The position numbers and the translations under genes were made by a program. This document shows positions 45,366 through 54,863 of a DNA stretch of 64,000 nucleotides, one piece after another. Position 1 is the stretch's first letter, and each line of letters begins with the position of its first letter. Source of the stretch: an uncultured virus (IMG/VR IMGVR_UViG_3300034023_001061) (taxonomy: Duplodnaviria; Heunggongvirae; Uroviricota; Caudoviricetes); the IMG/VR virus record IMGVR_UViG_3300034023_001061, one strand, 5' to 3'. Below the pieces are notes generated by a model that had not been told where the DNA came from, ran no database searches, and saw only the letters and a program-made list of their open reading frames with translations.

Positions 45366-46300
45366 CGACCGAAAACAACAGCCTCGCCCCGACGAACAAC
45401 GTTCCCCCGCTGCCCGCCGCGGAGGCGCCGAAGAAGCCGAAGAGCGCCGCCCTCGCCGTGCAGGCGTGGATGGATCAACCGCGCATGAAGGACGCGCTCT
45501 CGAACGCGCTCTCGGGCTACATGAGCGTCGAGGCGTTCGCGGCGCAGTGCTACATCGCGGCGCAGAACCCCGACCTCGCGGCGTGCTCCGCGGAGTCGCT
45601 GTTCAAGGCGTTTCTGGAGTGCGCGCAGATGGGGCTCCTCCCCGGCACGCACCACCGTCACGTCGCGATGGTGCCGCGCAAGGGCGTCATCACGGTCACG
45701 CCGCAGTGGCAGGGCTTCAAGTTCCTGATGGAGCGGCAGGAGGGCATCAAGCGCGTGAAGCCCGTGCTCGTGCACGCCAAGGACACGTTCGAGATCATCA
45801 ACGGCGCGGTGCACCACGTCTACGATCCCTTCGACGACGCGCGACGTTTCGAGCACCCCGACGACGCCCGCGCGGCGAAGCGCGAGTCGGGGCTGCGCGG
45901 CGGCTACCTCGAAATCCTGCACACGACGGGCGAGGTCGAGTACCACTTCGTGTCGGCCGACAAGATCGACCGCAATCGTCGCTGCGCCGAGACGCAGATG
46001 ATCTGGAAGAAGTGGTTCGAGGAGATGTGCATGAAGACCGTGCTCCGCGACGCGTGGGCGAAGCGCGTCGTCTCGATCGACCCGGCGCTCGCGGCCCGCG
46101 TGGGCCACGCCGACGAGGCCGAGAACGTCGCGCTCGGCAACGACCCCGCCCGCGTCGCGAAGATGCTCGCCAGCGGCGCCGACGACGTGCCCGATATGAG
46201 CCGACTCCCCACGGGTCTCGCGGCGCTCGGCCTCGCGGGCGGCGAGCGGGCTCCCGAAACGGCGCAGACCGTCGTGGTGACCCCCGTCACCGCCGACTGA
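45362..46300 (+). CDS. recT: RecT-like ssDNA annealing recombinase
   Basis: LAACSAESL..AQMGLLP, WQG, WFEEMCMKTVLR; follows YqaJ. Confidence 0.88.
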   Translation: MTTENNSLAPTNNVPPLPAAEAPKKPKSAALAVQAWMDQPRMKDALSNALSGYMSVEAFAAQCYIAAQNPDLAACSAESLFKAFLECAQMGLLPGTHHRHVAMVPRKGVITVTPQWQGFKFLMERQEGIKRVKPVLVHAKDTFEIINGAVHHVYDPFDDARRFEHPDDARAAKRESGLRGGYLEILHTTGEVEYHFVSADKIDRNRRCAETQMIWKKWFEEMCMKTVLRDAWAKRVVSIDPALAARVGHADEAENVALGNDPARVAKMLASGADDVPDMSRLPTGLAALGLAGGERAPETAQTVVVTPVTAD

Positions 46301-46334
46301 GAAGATCCCGCCGCCCCGCGACGTATAAGGGGGC

Positions 46335-46754
46335 ATGAGCAACTCCGCCCCGATGACCGCCGAACAGGCGGCTCACGAACTCGACCTCCTCAAGTACGGC
46401 GTCAGGCCGAACACGCCCGTGGCGCAAGCCTTCGAGGCCGTGATCGACCTCCGTGCCAGCCTCCGCTACTACACCGACCGCGAGGCGTTCTTCGCCCGCG
46501 AACTCGACGTGAGCGACGGCGGCAAGTACCGCAACGACTGGCCCGGTGCCGTCGAGCGCCTGATCGCCCGAAGCAAGCGGCTCGCGCTCGACGTGATCCA
46601 CTGCCCCGACCCCTCGTGCCGCACGCGCTACCTCGGCCCCGAGTTGCCGGAGCAAGGCACCACGGCCCGCTGCCCCGCGTGCAGCCTCCCGGTGATCCTG
46701 CGGGGCGACCACTACGTGCCCGCGCCCGACGCGGGGCCGACGGAGGCGCCGTGA
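46335..46754 (+). CDS. Protein with C-terminal zinc ribbon
   Basis: CPDPSC...CPAC; GAGAAG-N17-CGTATAAG upstream. Confidence 0.65.
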   Translation: MSNSAPMTAEQAAHELDLLKYGVRPNTPVAQAFEAVIDLRASLRYYTDREAFFARELDVSDGGKYRNDWPGAVERLIARSKRLALDVIHCPDPSCRTRYLGPELPEQGTTARCPACSLPVILRGDHYVPAPDAGPTEAP

Positions 46755-47062
46755 ACTGCGACGAGCGGAACGAACGCGCGAACCTCGCGTGCCTCGCGGC
46801 GGTCGAAATCCACCGCGTCGCGCTCGCGATCAACGCCGCCACCGCGCGCTGCGTCTCCTACAGCGACACGCCCGCGACGTGGCGTGAAGCGTCGCGGTTG
46901 CTCGCGGCGTACGACCGTCCCGACGCCCGCGCCGCGAGCGACGCTGCGGGGGTGCTGGCGAACGGTAGGCCCGACGTCGCCGCCGTGATCCTCGCGACGA
47001 TGCGCGGACTCTCGACGGCGGCGTGGGTCGAAGCGATGCAAGCGGAGAAGGCCGATGGCTAA
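46751..47062 (+). CDS. Hypothetical protein
   Basis: Overlap chain. Confidence 0.55.
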   Translation: MNCDERNERANLACLAAVEIHRVALAINAATARCVSYSDTPATWREASRLLAAYDRPDARAASDAAGVLANGRPDVAAVILATMRGLSTAAWVEAMQAEKADG

Positions 47063-47408
47063 CCCGAAGGTGCAGTGCCGAACGTGCCCGTGGCGTCGCG
47101 GGGCGACCACGGACGCGATCCCCGGCTACGTGCGCGAGAAGCACGAAGCGTTGTGCGACACGATCGCGCAACCGGGCGAACTTCGGTTCGGTGGTGGGCT
47201 GCGCGTGATGGCGTGCCACCACTCCGTCGAGGGCGACGATCACCCGTGCGTCGGGTGGGCCGCGCATCAACTCGGCGAGGGCAACAACATCGCGCTCCGA
47301 CTCGCGGCGCTCACCCACCCGCGGTTGCAAGGGCTCCGCACCGTCGGCCCGCAGCGCGCGACCTTCGGCGAGACGTTCGCATCGGGACGGCGGCGCCGCG
47401 GTGAATAA
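47055..47408 (+). CDS. Cys/His protein, DUF6283-like
   Basis: CRTCPWR...MACHHS...CVGW. Confidence 0.6.
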   Translation: MANPKVQCRTCPWRRGATTDAIPGYVREKHEALCDTIAQPGELRFGGGLRVMACHHSVEGDDHPCVGWAAHQLGEGNNIALRLAALTHPRLQGLRTVGPQRATFGETFASGRRRRGE

Positions 47409-47436
47409 CCGGAGTCTCGCCGCCGTCGCACGGAGC

Positions 47437-47721
47437 ATGGAGCACCCCGTCAACTACACGTTCCCGTGCGACACGGGCGCGTACCTCGCGGAGCCGCGGG
47501 TGCTCGCGGTGGCACACAAGGGCGTACGCATCGCGTCGTTCCGGTGCGTCGCCGACGACGGCGACGTGATGCGTGCGTTCCTGAGCGCCGCGGAGTCACT
47601 CGACCCGTTCTCCGCAGTGGGCGCGGGCGACGCGGTGAGCATCCGCGACTGGAACCTCGCGCGGACGATGTACGCGGTCGGTGTTCTCGTGGAACGTGGG
47701 ATGGTCGGAGCAACGAAGTGA
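47437..47721 (+). CDS. Hypothetical protein
   Basis: GTGAAT-N17-CGTC upstream. Confidence 0.55.
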   Translation: MEHPVNYTFPCDTGAYLAEPRVLAVAHKGVRIASFRCVADDGDVMRAFLSAAESLDPFSAVGAGDAVSIRDWNLARTMYAVGVLVERGMVGATK

Positions 47722-48239
47722 ACGAGAAACAACTCAGGGCTGAGAACGCGCGACTGCGTGCGGAGAACAAGCGCCTTCGCGACGCGAACGCGACGCTTCG
47801 TGAGGCGGGCGGAATCGCTGGCGCGATGGAGTCGCTTCGTCCGCTGGCGACACGGGCGTACCGTGCGCTCAGACGGGACGTGGGCGATGGCGCACCACTG
47901 CCTGACGATGCGCCACTGGAGAAACACTATGACGGCGGTGCAATCCAGTTGCCGTCCATCATTCTCCGTCTGGAACTCTGCGGCGACCGATCGTGGGAAT
48001 GGTCCGCTCAAGTGTTGTGCGAGGATATGTTCGATGACGAAGATGCGCACACGCTCGAACTCTCGCTTGGCGAATCGGCGAGCGACCCGATCGGTGCGCT
48101 CGAAAACCTGCGCGACGCGCTCGAAGAGGAACCGGGCGAAGATGGCGTGCGGGTGACGGCGGCGATGCGGGCAACGCTCGATGTGATCGATCGTGGGAAC
48201 GAGGGGAGCTCGGCGCCGTCGGGCGAGAAGCCGAACTGA
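47718..48239 (+). CDS. Coiled-coil hypothetical protein
   Basis: LRAENARLRAENKRL. Confidence 0.6.
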   Translation: MNEKQLRAENARLRAENKRLRDANATLREAGGIAGAMESLRPLATRAYRALRRDVGDGAPLPDDAPLEKHYDGGAIQLPSIILRLELCGDRSWEWSAQVLCEDMFDDEDAHTLELSLGESASDPIGALENLRDALEEEPGEDGVRVTAAMRATLDVIDRGNEGSSAPSGEKPN

Positions 48240-48247
48240 GGCGCACG

Positions 48248-48775
48248 ATGGCCGACTACCCGCAACCGCTCGCGCTGCACGGTCACCTCGCGGAACGCGC
48301 TCGCTACGTCGCTCCGCGTCTCGTGATCGCCGACCTCGCAGGGGCCACGCATCACGACCTCGACGGGCCGCTGTACGTGCTCGACCTCCGCGATCCAACG
48401 TTCACCGACGATCGCGCCGCGCAGCGGTGGCGCCACCCCGAGCACCACACCGACGCGCGCATCGCGCACTTGCGCATGATGCCCATCACCGACGGCGCAG
48501 TGGTGCCAGCGGAGACGATCGCGGAGGCCGTCGCGTGGTATCGCGACGTGCGAGCGATGGCGCCCGACGCGAACGTGGTGATCCACTGTTACGCGGGCGC
48601 GAGTCGCAGCGCGACGGTCGGCTATGCGATCCTGCGCGCGTGCTACGGGGTGGGGCACCTCGCGGCGAGGCTTCGCGTGCGGACGCGCAACGGCATCATC
48701 GCGTACCCGAGCGACCGCGTGATGGCCGACGCGGCGCGGTGGTGCAACGAAGAGCGGCTCTCGGTGCGACGATGA
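48248..48775 (+). CDS. Dual-specificity/tyrosine phosphatase-like protein
   Basis: CX5R signature VVIHCYAGASRS; upstream PITD. Confidence 0.85.
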   Translation: MADYPQPLALHGHLAERARYVAPRLVIADLAGATHHDLDGPLYVLDLRDPTFTDDRAAQRWRHPEHHTDARIAHLRMMPITDGAVVPAETIAEAVAWYRDVRAMAPDANVVIHCYAGASRSATVGYAILRACYGVGHLAARLRVRTRNGIIAYPSDRVMADAARWCNEERLSVRR

Positions 48776-50607
48776 GCCGCTACGTCCCGTGCAAGATGGC
48801 CGACGAACTCACGACGATCGCGCGAAGGTCGTATGGCGCGAGCGCCGTGGTCGTGAAAAACGCCACGGCGGAGGAGAGATTCACGCTCTTCGTGGAAAAC
48901 AAGTTCGTGCTGAACCAGATCGGCACGACGCACGAAGAAGCGTTCCGAACGCTCAGGACGAAACTGGAGACGATGGCGATGCTTACCGAAGTGCAGCGGG
49001 TGAAGGAGACGGCGAAGGACGCCGCCGAAACGAAGCGCATGGTCGACGAGTTCGCCGAACTCGCGAAACGTGCGTATCCGAACTGCGTTCCGGTTTTCGA
49101 CGCCGCGACGCGCACGTTCACCGTAACGCGTAGCGGCGAAACGCTCGTGACCGAGACCGGCGTCACGACGTTCGACGCCTATCGGGCCGTGATGCCGAAG
49201 TTGCGGGACGAGGCGGTGGCGCTCGACACCGCGCTCAAGTCGTTCAACGCGCTGCCCGCGCTGATGAACGAAGTTTTCGGCGCCGACGCGCAGTTGATCG
49301 TGCAGACGCAGCAACCGTACGTCACCATCGAGTCGCGCATCGGCAAGCACACGGTGTTCGCATCGTCCGCGGCGGCGACCACGCAGGAGGCCGTGAGCGC
49401 GTCGCACGAGTGGCTCACGTCGCTGAAGGTGATGGTGCCGACGCCTGCAACGATCGCTGCGGAGGCGCGGCGCGTGTTCGGTCCGGGTGCGTCCGTCACG
49501 TCCGAGGGCGATCACTGTTGGATCAGTAGCGCCAACGGCCTTGAATGGCGATACGTCGAAGACGGGAGCGGGCGCGAGGCTCGCAAGGCGCTCGCTCGAC
49601 TGCGGTGCCGTCCGTCGAAAACCGTCGCAGGGAGTGAAGCGACGGCGTCGGAGGCGCGTACAACAGGCGTGAGCGACGAGGCGAGCATCGAAGAACTGAG
49701 CGATAAACTTCTGCAAGAAGCGCGTCGTGTGTGCGGACCCGGAACCGAAATACAAGCGGGACACGACAAGGCGTGGCCCTACGTTTCTGTTTCGAGCGAC
49801 AACTTCTACGCGATGCGAGAATCGCGGGCAACGGCACTCGAAGTCCGTGAAGCGATGCTCGCGCGCCTCCGCGCGATGCCCACGTTCGTCGCGCCGCAAC
49901 CGAGCACCATCGCGGCCTTCAACAACGCCGTGGCCGACGATCTCAAGACGAGACTCATGCCCGCGACGCCCGCGGGCATGGGCGCACTCACGTACGGCGC
50001 ATCCGCGTACGCAGGGTGTGGCGTTCGCGACACGATCACGTCCCCCGACGGCACCACGTTTTCCAACGGCTCCGCTCCCGTCAACCTCAGACTCACCGTC
50101 ACCAACACAACCCCCGAACAGAAGGCACCCCCGACGATGCAACCTCCCGCCCCGACACCGATCATGGATACCGTCAAGGCCGACGCCGAAGCCGCAGCGT
50201 GGATGCTGGCGGGCTCGCAGTTCGTGAAGCTCACGAAGGAACCGATCGTGGCGCTTCTCTCGCGTCACCTCGGCCCCGGCGACGACTCGCTCCGCGCCCG
50301 CATCGCCGCGTTCCTCGACACGGAACTCGGCACGGCGATCGTGGCGGCGATCCTCTCCGGTGGACTCTCGGCGATGCCCGCGCCGCCCGGTTCGCCCGCC
50401 GCGAACATCAACGCGAGGCTCGCGCGGGAACTCCGCGTCAAGTCGATGGCGACCGTGGGCGACGCCGCGGTCGACTTGATCGCAGGGCCGATGCGTCAGG
50501 TGATCTCGCTCTACATCGCGGGCGCCACCGCGTTCCCGATGGGCCTCCCCGACGGCGCCGACCGCATCGTCGTGCCCTCGACGGTCGCCGATGCGGTGGC
50601 GAAGTGA
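48772..50607 (+). CDS. 611-aa protein with internal repeats and helical C-terminal domain
   Basis: ARRSYGA / AKRAYPN / NEVFGAD / ARRVFGP / ARRVCGP units. Confidence 0.75.
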   Translation: MSRYVPCKMADELTTIARRSYGASAVVVKNATAEERFTLFVENKFVLNQIGTTHEEAFRTLRTKLETMAMLTEVQRVKETAKDAAETKRMVDEFAELAKRAYPNCVPVFDAATRTFTVTRSGETLVTETGVTTFDAYRAVMPKLRDEAVALDTALKSFNALPALMNEVFGADAQLIVQTQQPYVTIESRIGKHTVFASSAAATTQEAVSASHEWLTSLKVMVPTPATIAAEARRVFGPGASVTSEGDHCWISSANGLEWRYVEDGSGREARKALARLRCRPSKTVAGSEATASEARTTGVSDEASIEELSDKLLQEARRVCGPGTEIQAGHDKAWPYVSVSSDNFYAMRESRATALEVREAMLARLRAMPTFVAPQPSTIAAFNNAVADDLKTRLMPATPAGMGALTYGASAYAGCGVRDTITSPDGTTFSNGSAPVNLRLTVTNTTPEQKAPPTMQPPAPTPIMDTVKADAEAAAWMLAGSQFVKLTKEPIVALLSRHLGPGDDSLRARIAAFLDTELGTAIVAAILSGGLSAMPAPPGSPAANINARLARELRVKSMATVGDAAVDLIAGPMRQVISLYIAGATAFPMGLPDGADRIVVPSTVADAVAK

Positions 50608-51053
50608 GCAACCACCACGTCTGCACCGCGCACGTTCTCGTCGATGGCGGCGAACCCGAGCCGTGCGATCGGCCCGCGAGCGTTCGCATCGTCAAGGCCG
50701 ACGGCACCACGCGGGCGCTCGCGTGCCGCCTCGGCTCGCAGCGACTCTACACCGGAGAGACGCTCGCCCCGATCGACCCGCCCGCGGAGGGGGCCACGGT
50801 GAAGCCCGTGAGGCTCGCGGAGGCAACGTACAACCTCGGCAAGCCAACGGGCCACCCCGCGGAGGCGAACGCGCCCCGTGAGGCGCCTACGCCCGCGCAG
50901 ACGGCACCCGTGTTCGCCCCGACGCCCACCCCCGTCGGAGACCTCGCGTCGGCGGTGGCGGTGCTCGTGCGGCACTGCGACACCCTCCGCGGTCGGCGCC
51001 GCCGCGACTTCTCCGACGCCCTCGTCACGATCGTTCGCGAGGCGACCCGCTGA
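50604..51053 (+). CDS. Hypothetical protein
   Basis: Overlap chain. Confidence 0.55.
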   Translation: MSNHHVCTAHVLVDGGEPEPCDRPASVRIVKADGTTRALACRLGSQRLYTGETLAPIDPPAEGATVKPVRLAEATYNLGKPTGHPAEANAPREAPTPAQTAPVFAPTPTPVGDLASAVAVLVRHCDTLRGRRRRDFSDALVTIVREATR

Positions 51054-51607
51054 TGCTGTTCGTGCCCGCCGCACTGCGCCGCTACGATATCGTTGTCGTA
51101 ACCGGGAGCATCGCGCTCGGCGACACGCCGCGAGCGGGGGCGTGGGCGTTCAGTACGATGCTGGCGGGCTTCGTGACGTCGGCGCCGTACATGCTTGTGC
51201 ACGGTGACGCTTCGGGCGCCGACCACGCAGCGGAACGTGCGGCGAGCGAGGCGGCAATCCCGTCGCTCGTGTTCCCGAGCGACAAGGGCCGCGCGATGGC
51301 GCGCTGGCGCATCGGTCTCTTCGACCCGCCGCCAGAACGTGTCTGCGGCGACCCGCGCCCCGATATCGCGTCGGTGTTGCCCGAGTACGATGGGCATCCG
51401 CTGCGGCGCAACGACGCGATGGTGGCGTGGGCGAAGGTCCGCCGTGATGCGGGCGCAAGGGTGCTCGTGGTTGCGCTGGCGGCGCCGTGGTGCAAGCGGT
51501 ACTCCGCGGGCCGCGGGGGCACCCGTTACACCGCGCATATGGCTGAGAAGGCGGGGCTCCCGGTGAAGTGGTTCGTGTGTCCTGAAGAGTACGCGGGGAA
51601 AGAATAA
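51053..51607 (+). CDS. SLOG-superfamily (DUF2493/YspA-like) protein
   Basis: VVVTGS, LVHGDASGAD, RRNDAMV, GGT. Confidence 0.75.
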   Translation: MLFVPAALRRYDIVVVTGSIALGDTPRAGAWAFSTMLAGFVTSAPYMLVHGDASGADHAAERAASEAAIPSLVFPSDKGRAMARWRIGLFDPPPERVCGDPRPDIASVLPEYDGHPLRRNDAMVAWAKVRRDAGARVLVVALAAPWCKRYSAGRGGTRYTAHMAEKAGLPVKWFVCPEEYAGKE

Positions 51608-51978
51608 TGCAACTCACGCTCGAAAACGAAACGAAGGCTCCGATCGCGGACGAACTCTCTATCGTGATTGACACGGCGATCGCACGTAGGGTTGGAACGT
51701 TAACGCCGCCCGCGGTGGCGAAGGCATGGAACGTCATCGCGAACGTCGCGAGAACGCTCGCGTGGGTGTCCGAAGTGGAACTCGGCGGTCACGTCATGCT
51801 GCACGGCGACGATGCGAGCGCCGCGACGCAATGTGCCGCGCTGCTGGAGGCGTTCATCGTCGGTCGCACCGACGCGCAGAAGGCTGGTGGCGCGGGCCTC
51901 GTGTGCCCGCTGCTCGAACGTAGCGACGCCGCGGTGCGGGCGCTCGGCGGCACGCTGGCGGTGAAGGTCGCGCGGTGA
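51607..51978 (+). CDS. Hypothetical protein
   Basis: TAATG overlap. Confidence 0.6.
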   Translation: MQLTLENETKAPIADELSIVIDTAIARRVGTLTPPAVAKAWNVIANVARTLAWVSEVELGGHVMLHGDDASAATQCAALLEAFIVGRTDAQKAGGAGLVCPLLERSDAAVRALGGTLAVKVAR

Positions 51979-52195
51979 GGTGCGGAGGCACGCGAGGCGT
52001 GACGCGGGAGGCGTGCGACGAAGGCTCGGCGGCGCGCTGCGCAAACTATCGCCCGCGGTGGTGTGTCGGCGATCGTTCGGTTGAGCTCGCGGTGGCCTAT
52101 TTCGGGCACGACCCGAGCGACGAGGCATCGGAGTTCCCCGCGCTCGAACGCGAGTATCGTCGCATCGAGTCGCTTCGCGGGTTCTGCAAGGGGTG

Positions 52196-52903
52196 ATGGC
52201 GATGACCTACAAGAAACGTTCGCGGCGGGAGTACGAGGCCGACCTGATCGCGGATTGCCGCAAGGCGTTCGCGAAGCACACCATCGCCTCACGCGGCGAC
52301 GGGCGGTGGGTTCTGCGAGAACCGGGCACGAGCAACCTTCAATGCGAAATCGTCGCGCTGGCGTGGGGAACGTTGCTCGTGCACGGCGACTTCTCGCACT
52401 GCATCTGGACGTACTACAGCGGCGATGGCGGACCGGAGGCGCTGGTGCGCTGGATCGGGCGCCAGAGCGGTCTCGGTTACGTTTGCCAGAAGGCCATCAA
52501 GGGGCTCGAAGATCACCGGCTCGTCGAGGAGATCAACGGCGAGGTGCTCGCCCACGATCTGCAAGAGTACCTCGACGAGTGGCGCGAGCAGAACGCGCTT
52601 GACGACGAAGACAACGACCCGAGCGAAGATGAACAGCGCGAACGGGAGCGCATCACGGAAGCGATCGAAGATGCCATCAAGGAGGCGAGCGGCGCGTCGG
52701 ACGACGGCGACGGGCACCGCATCGTGCACGCGCTGGTCGACGACGACGTGATCGACTCCGAGACTGCGGGGTCGCTCGGCGAGGTGCCGACGCGTCGCGT
52801 GGTGTGCGCGTGGCAGGCCGTCGTGCGGTTGCGGGAACTTCTCGACGAAGAATCGGCGGCGCGCGTGAAGAACGGCGAGGCGGAGAGCGTACAAGGCGCA
52901 TGA
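52196..52903 (+). CDS. Phage hypothetical protein
   Basis: LREPGTS..GTLLVHGD; acidic C-terminal half. Confidence 0.7.
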   Translation: MAMTYKKRSRREYEADLIADCRKAFAKHTIASRGDGRWVLREPGTSNLQCEIVALAWGTLLVHGDFSHCIWTYYSGDGGPEALVRWIGRQSGLGYVCQKAIKGLEDHRLVEEINGEVLAHDLQEYLDEWREQNALDDEDNDPSEDEQRERERITEAIEDAIKEASGASDDGDGHRIVHALVDDDVIDSETAGSLGEVPTRRVVCAWQAVVRLRELLDEESAARVKNGEAESVQGA

Positions 52904-53061
52904 AGGAAATGTTCCTGGCCTTTATCGCGTTCTGCGCGATTGCTGTTACCGTCACCATCAGCATTTCGCCCAAGCCCGCGCCGTGTGACGGCCAACTCGT
53001 GACGGGCGCCATCGGCACCATCGAGTTCCGGTACTGCGTGCACCCCGTGGTGGCGCAGTGA
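52900..53061 (+). CDS. Small membrane/secreted protein
   Basis: MKEMFLAFIAFCAIAVTVTISI. Confidence 0.55.
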   Translation: MKEMFLAFIAFCAIAVTVTISISPKPAPCDGQLVTGAIGTIEFRYCVHPVVAQ

Positions 53062-53309
53062 CGCTCGCCGACGCAGTGCTCCGCTCCCTTCTCGCGCTCG
53101 ACCGACTTGCGGCGCCCGGTCCCTTCGAGCGCGGTGCAACCGTTCGCTTGATCGACCGCACCGACGTGTACGCGGTCGGCGACGTGGGCGAGGTGATCGC
53201 GTCCGATCGCGAGTACACGTCCGTCCGCATCGGCGGGTGCCAGCAGACCGTGCGAACGTCGCAACTGCGCGGGTCGCGGGCCGAAGTGATGTCGGAGGGG
53301 CTGCGGTAA
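53058..53309 (+). CDS. Small KOW/SH3-like protein; stop codon supplied by element 2
   Basis: FERGATVRL..GDVGEVI. Confidence 0.6.
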   Translation: MTLADAVLRSLLALDRLAAPGPFERGATVRLIDRTDVYAVGDVGEVIASDREYTSVRIGGCQQTVRTSQLRGSRAEVMSEGLR

Positions 53310-53480
53310 ACAATCCCCGCGCTAAAGCGCAGGGCTTTCGGTGCGTCGCTTGCGTGACGGCACCTTCGCGGCTCCACTCGCACGGACACCCCCACCAGTC
53401 TTCGGGGTGCGCGCTACGGGCTTTTCGTGGGCTGCATACGGGGGGTTTACGTGACCCTTGCGGGTCGCCACCGGAGGATC
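53286..53480 (-). ncRNA. Putative omegaRNA of tnpB 2 (bounds approximate)
   Basis: Established position; guide would start CGCAGCCCCTCCGACATC. Confidence 0.55.
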
Positions 53481-54863
53481 ACCGTTTTGCTGGGTGGTGA
53501 TCCAGTTCGCCGCGTCGAGCGCGGCCTTGCGAATGTTCTTCGCGGCGTTCACGTCCGCGTTCTCCGCGTGCCCGCACTTGCGGCACTGAAACCGCGACTG
53601 CGAGCGACGATTGTTCCGCGCCGTGTGCCCACAACACGAGCATCGCTGCGACGTGTACGCGGGATCGACGTAGACGATCGTGATCCCGTACTCGCCCGCC
53701 TTGTACTCCAGCATCTCCTGCTGGCGGCGGAACGTCCACGAGTGGATGCGACGCTTCGTCTTGCGATTGAAACGTCGGCATCGAGTACGGATGTTTGTCA
53801 GATCCTCAAGCACGAGAATCGTGCCTGCGGGCAGACTGCGGAGAAGTTGAGTCGTGAGACGATGGTCGGCATCAACGCGAAACCGAGACCACTTCCGCGA
53901 GCGCCGCTTCGCGCGGCGTTTTGCAGACTTGGTGCCTTTGCGCTGGAGAGACTTGCCAGTGTTGAAGTAGCGCCTTTCGACGGAGTGCCAGTTAGGGTCG
54001 CCGAGTTTGCGACCGTCGGAGAGAGCGAAGGGTGCGACGACGCCACGATCGCCGCCGATCACGTTCGCCGTGTCGGGGTCGAAGGTTTCGGGTGTCACGC
54101 CCGCGGGTGCGGGGCGAGAAAACGAGATGGAGATCCAGAAGCGTCCATCGCGATCCTCGCTCACACGCGCAGCGCCGAGTTTCCATCCGCTCCCCTCGCG
54201 GAAGTAGCGGCGCAGTTGCTTGTGACCGACGATGCGGCCTTCGATGCGCTTGCCGAGCGTCGTGAGCGTCACGTCCTTGCCGTTCGGTCGCACGCGCATC
54301 GTGCGAGCGTCATAGGGAATCGGCACGTTCGCGTAGAGCGGCTTCGAGACGGCGTTGCCGAGTTTGGCGAGCGATCGGAGTGCGCGGACGGCGCCGAAGG
54401 CGAGCGTCTGCACGTTGCACACGAACTGCGACGGCAAGCGCGGGAACCGCGCACGCAGCGTCGTGTAGACCGCGTGGTGGAACGTTTCGTAGTTCCTGAA
54501 CCGATGCGGGTAGGCGATATCCACCGCGTCCTGCATCGCGGCGGTGATGAGCGGCGCCACGTCGCGCATGGCACGCTTGCCGTCGTCGGTGAGCATCAGC
54601 GGGCAACGGACCGTGCGCATCATTGCGGGCGCTCGCTTGCCGCGCGGGGACACAACGGCGTCCGCCGTCGTTTCCTGCGCTGCATCGGTGAATGCGCCGT
54701 CCATCGACTGCGTATGTAGCACGCTACACGGAGCAAGTTCACGGGAACTGCTGACGTGTGACATAGACTGTCCGGCACGTCGCTTGCTCGTCTGCTCGGG
54801 CGTTTCCTCTCCGCGCTCAAGCGCGGAGTACCCACGCTTGCATCACACTGGAGAACACCAAGA
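53306..54863 (-). mobile_element. IS200/IS605-family (IS1341-like) tnpB element 2
   Basis: Right end AAAG-hairpin-TTAC; left-end hairpin CTCCGCGC-TTGA-GCGCGGAG; target TCAT. Confidence 0.85.
53322..54704 (-). CDS. tnpB: RNA-guided endonuclease TnpB (start uncertain)
   Basis: IGGDRG, LVLEDL, YTSQRCSCCG, CRKCG, NADVNAAKNI. Confidence 0.95.
   Translation of the reverse strand: MDGAFTDAAQETTADAVVSPRGKRAPAMMRTVRCPLMLTDDGKRAMRDVAPLITAAMQDAVDIAYPHRFRNYETFHHAVYTTLRARFPRLPSQFVCNVQTLAFGAVRALRSLAKLGNAVSKPLYANVPIPYDARTMRVRPNGKDVTLTTLGKRIEGRIVGHKQLRRYFREGSGWKLGAARVSEDRDGRFWISISFSRPAPAGVTPETFDPDTANVIGGDRGVVAPFALSDGRKLGDPNWHSVERRYFNTGKSLQRKGTKSAKRRAKRRSRKWSRFRVDADHRLTTQLLRSLPAGTILVLEDLTNIRTRCRRFNRKTKRRIHSWTFRRQQEMLEYKAGEYGITIVYVDPAYTSQRCSCCGHTARNNRRSQSRFQCRKCGHAENADVNAAKNIRKAALDAANWITTQQNGDPPVATRKGHVNPPYAAHEKPVARTPKTGGGVRASGAAKVPSRKRRTESPAL

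Noticed and set aside
53322..54704. Nuclease-dead TnpB (TldR-like) or Cas12f with a CRISPR array
   Set aside because: D-E-D triad intact, IS ends present, no repeat-spacer array. By eye neither guide matched another site in the window.
54841..54851. Alternative left boundary of element 2 at GTGAT or CCAG, giving an in-frame gene fusion
   Set aside because: Similarity with the 8556 and 16512 copies extends to 54863, and the TCAT boundary restores an RBS plus ATGA overlap.
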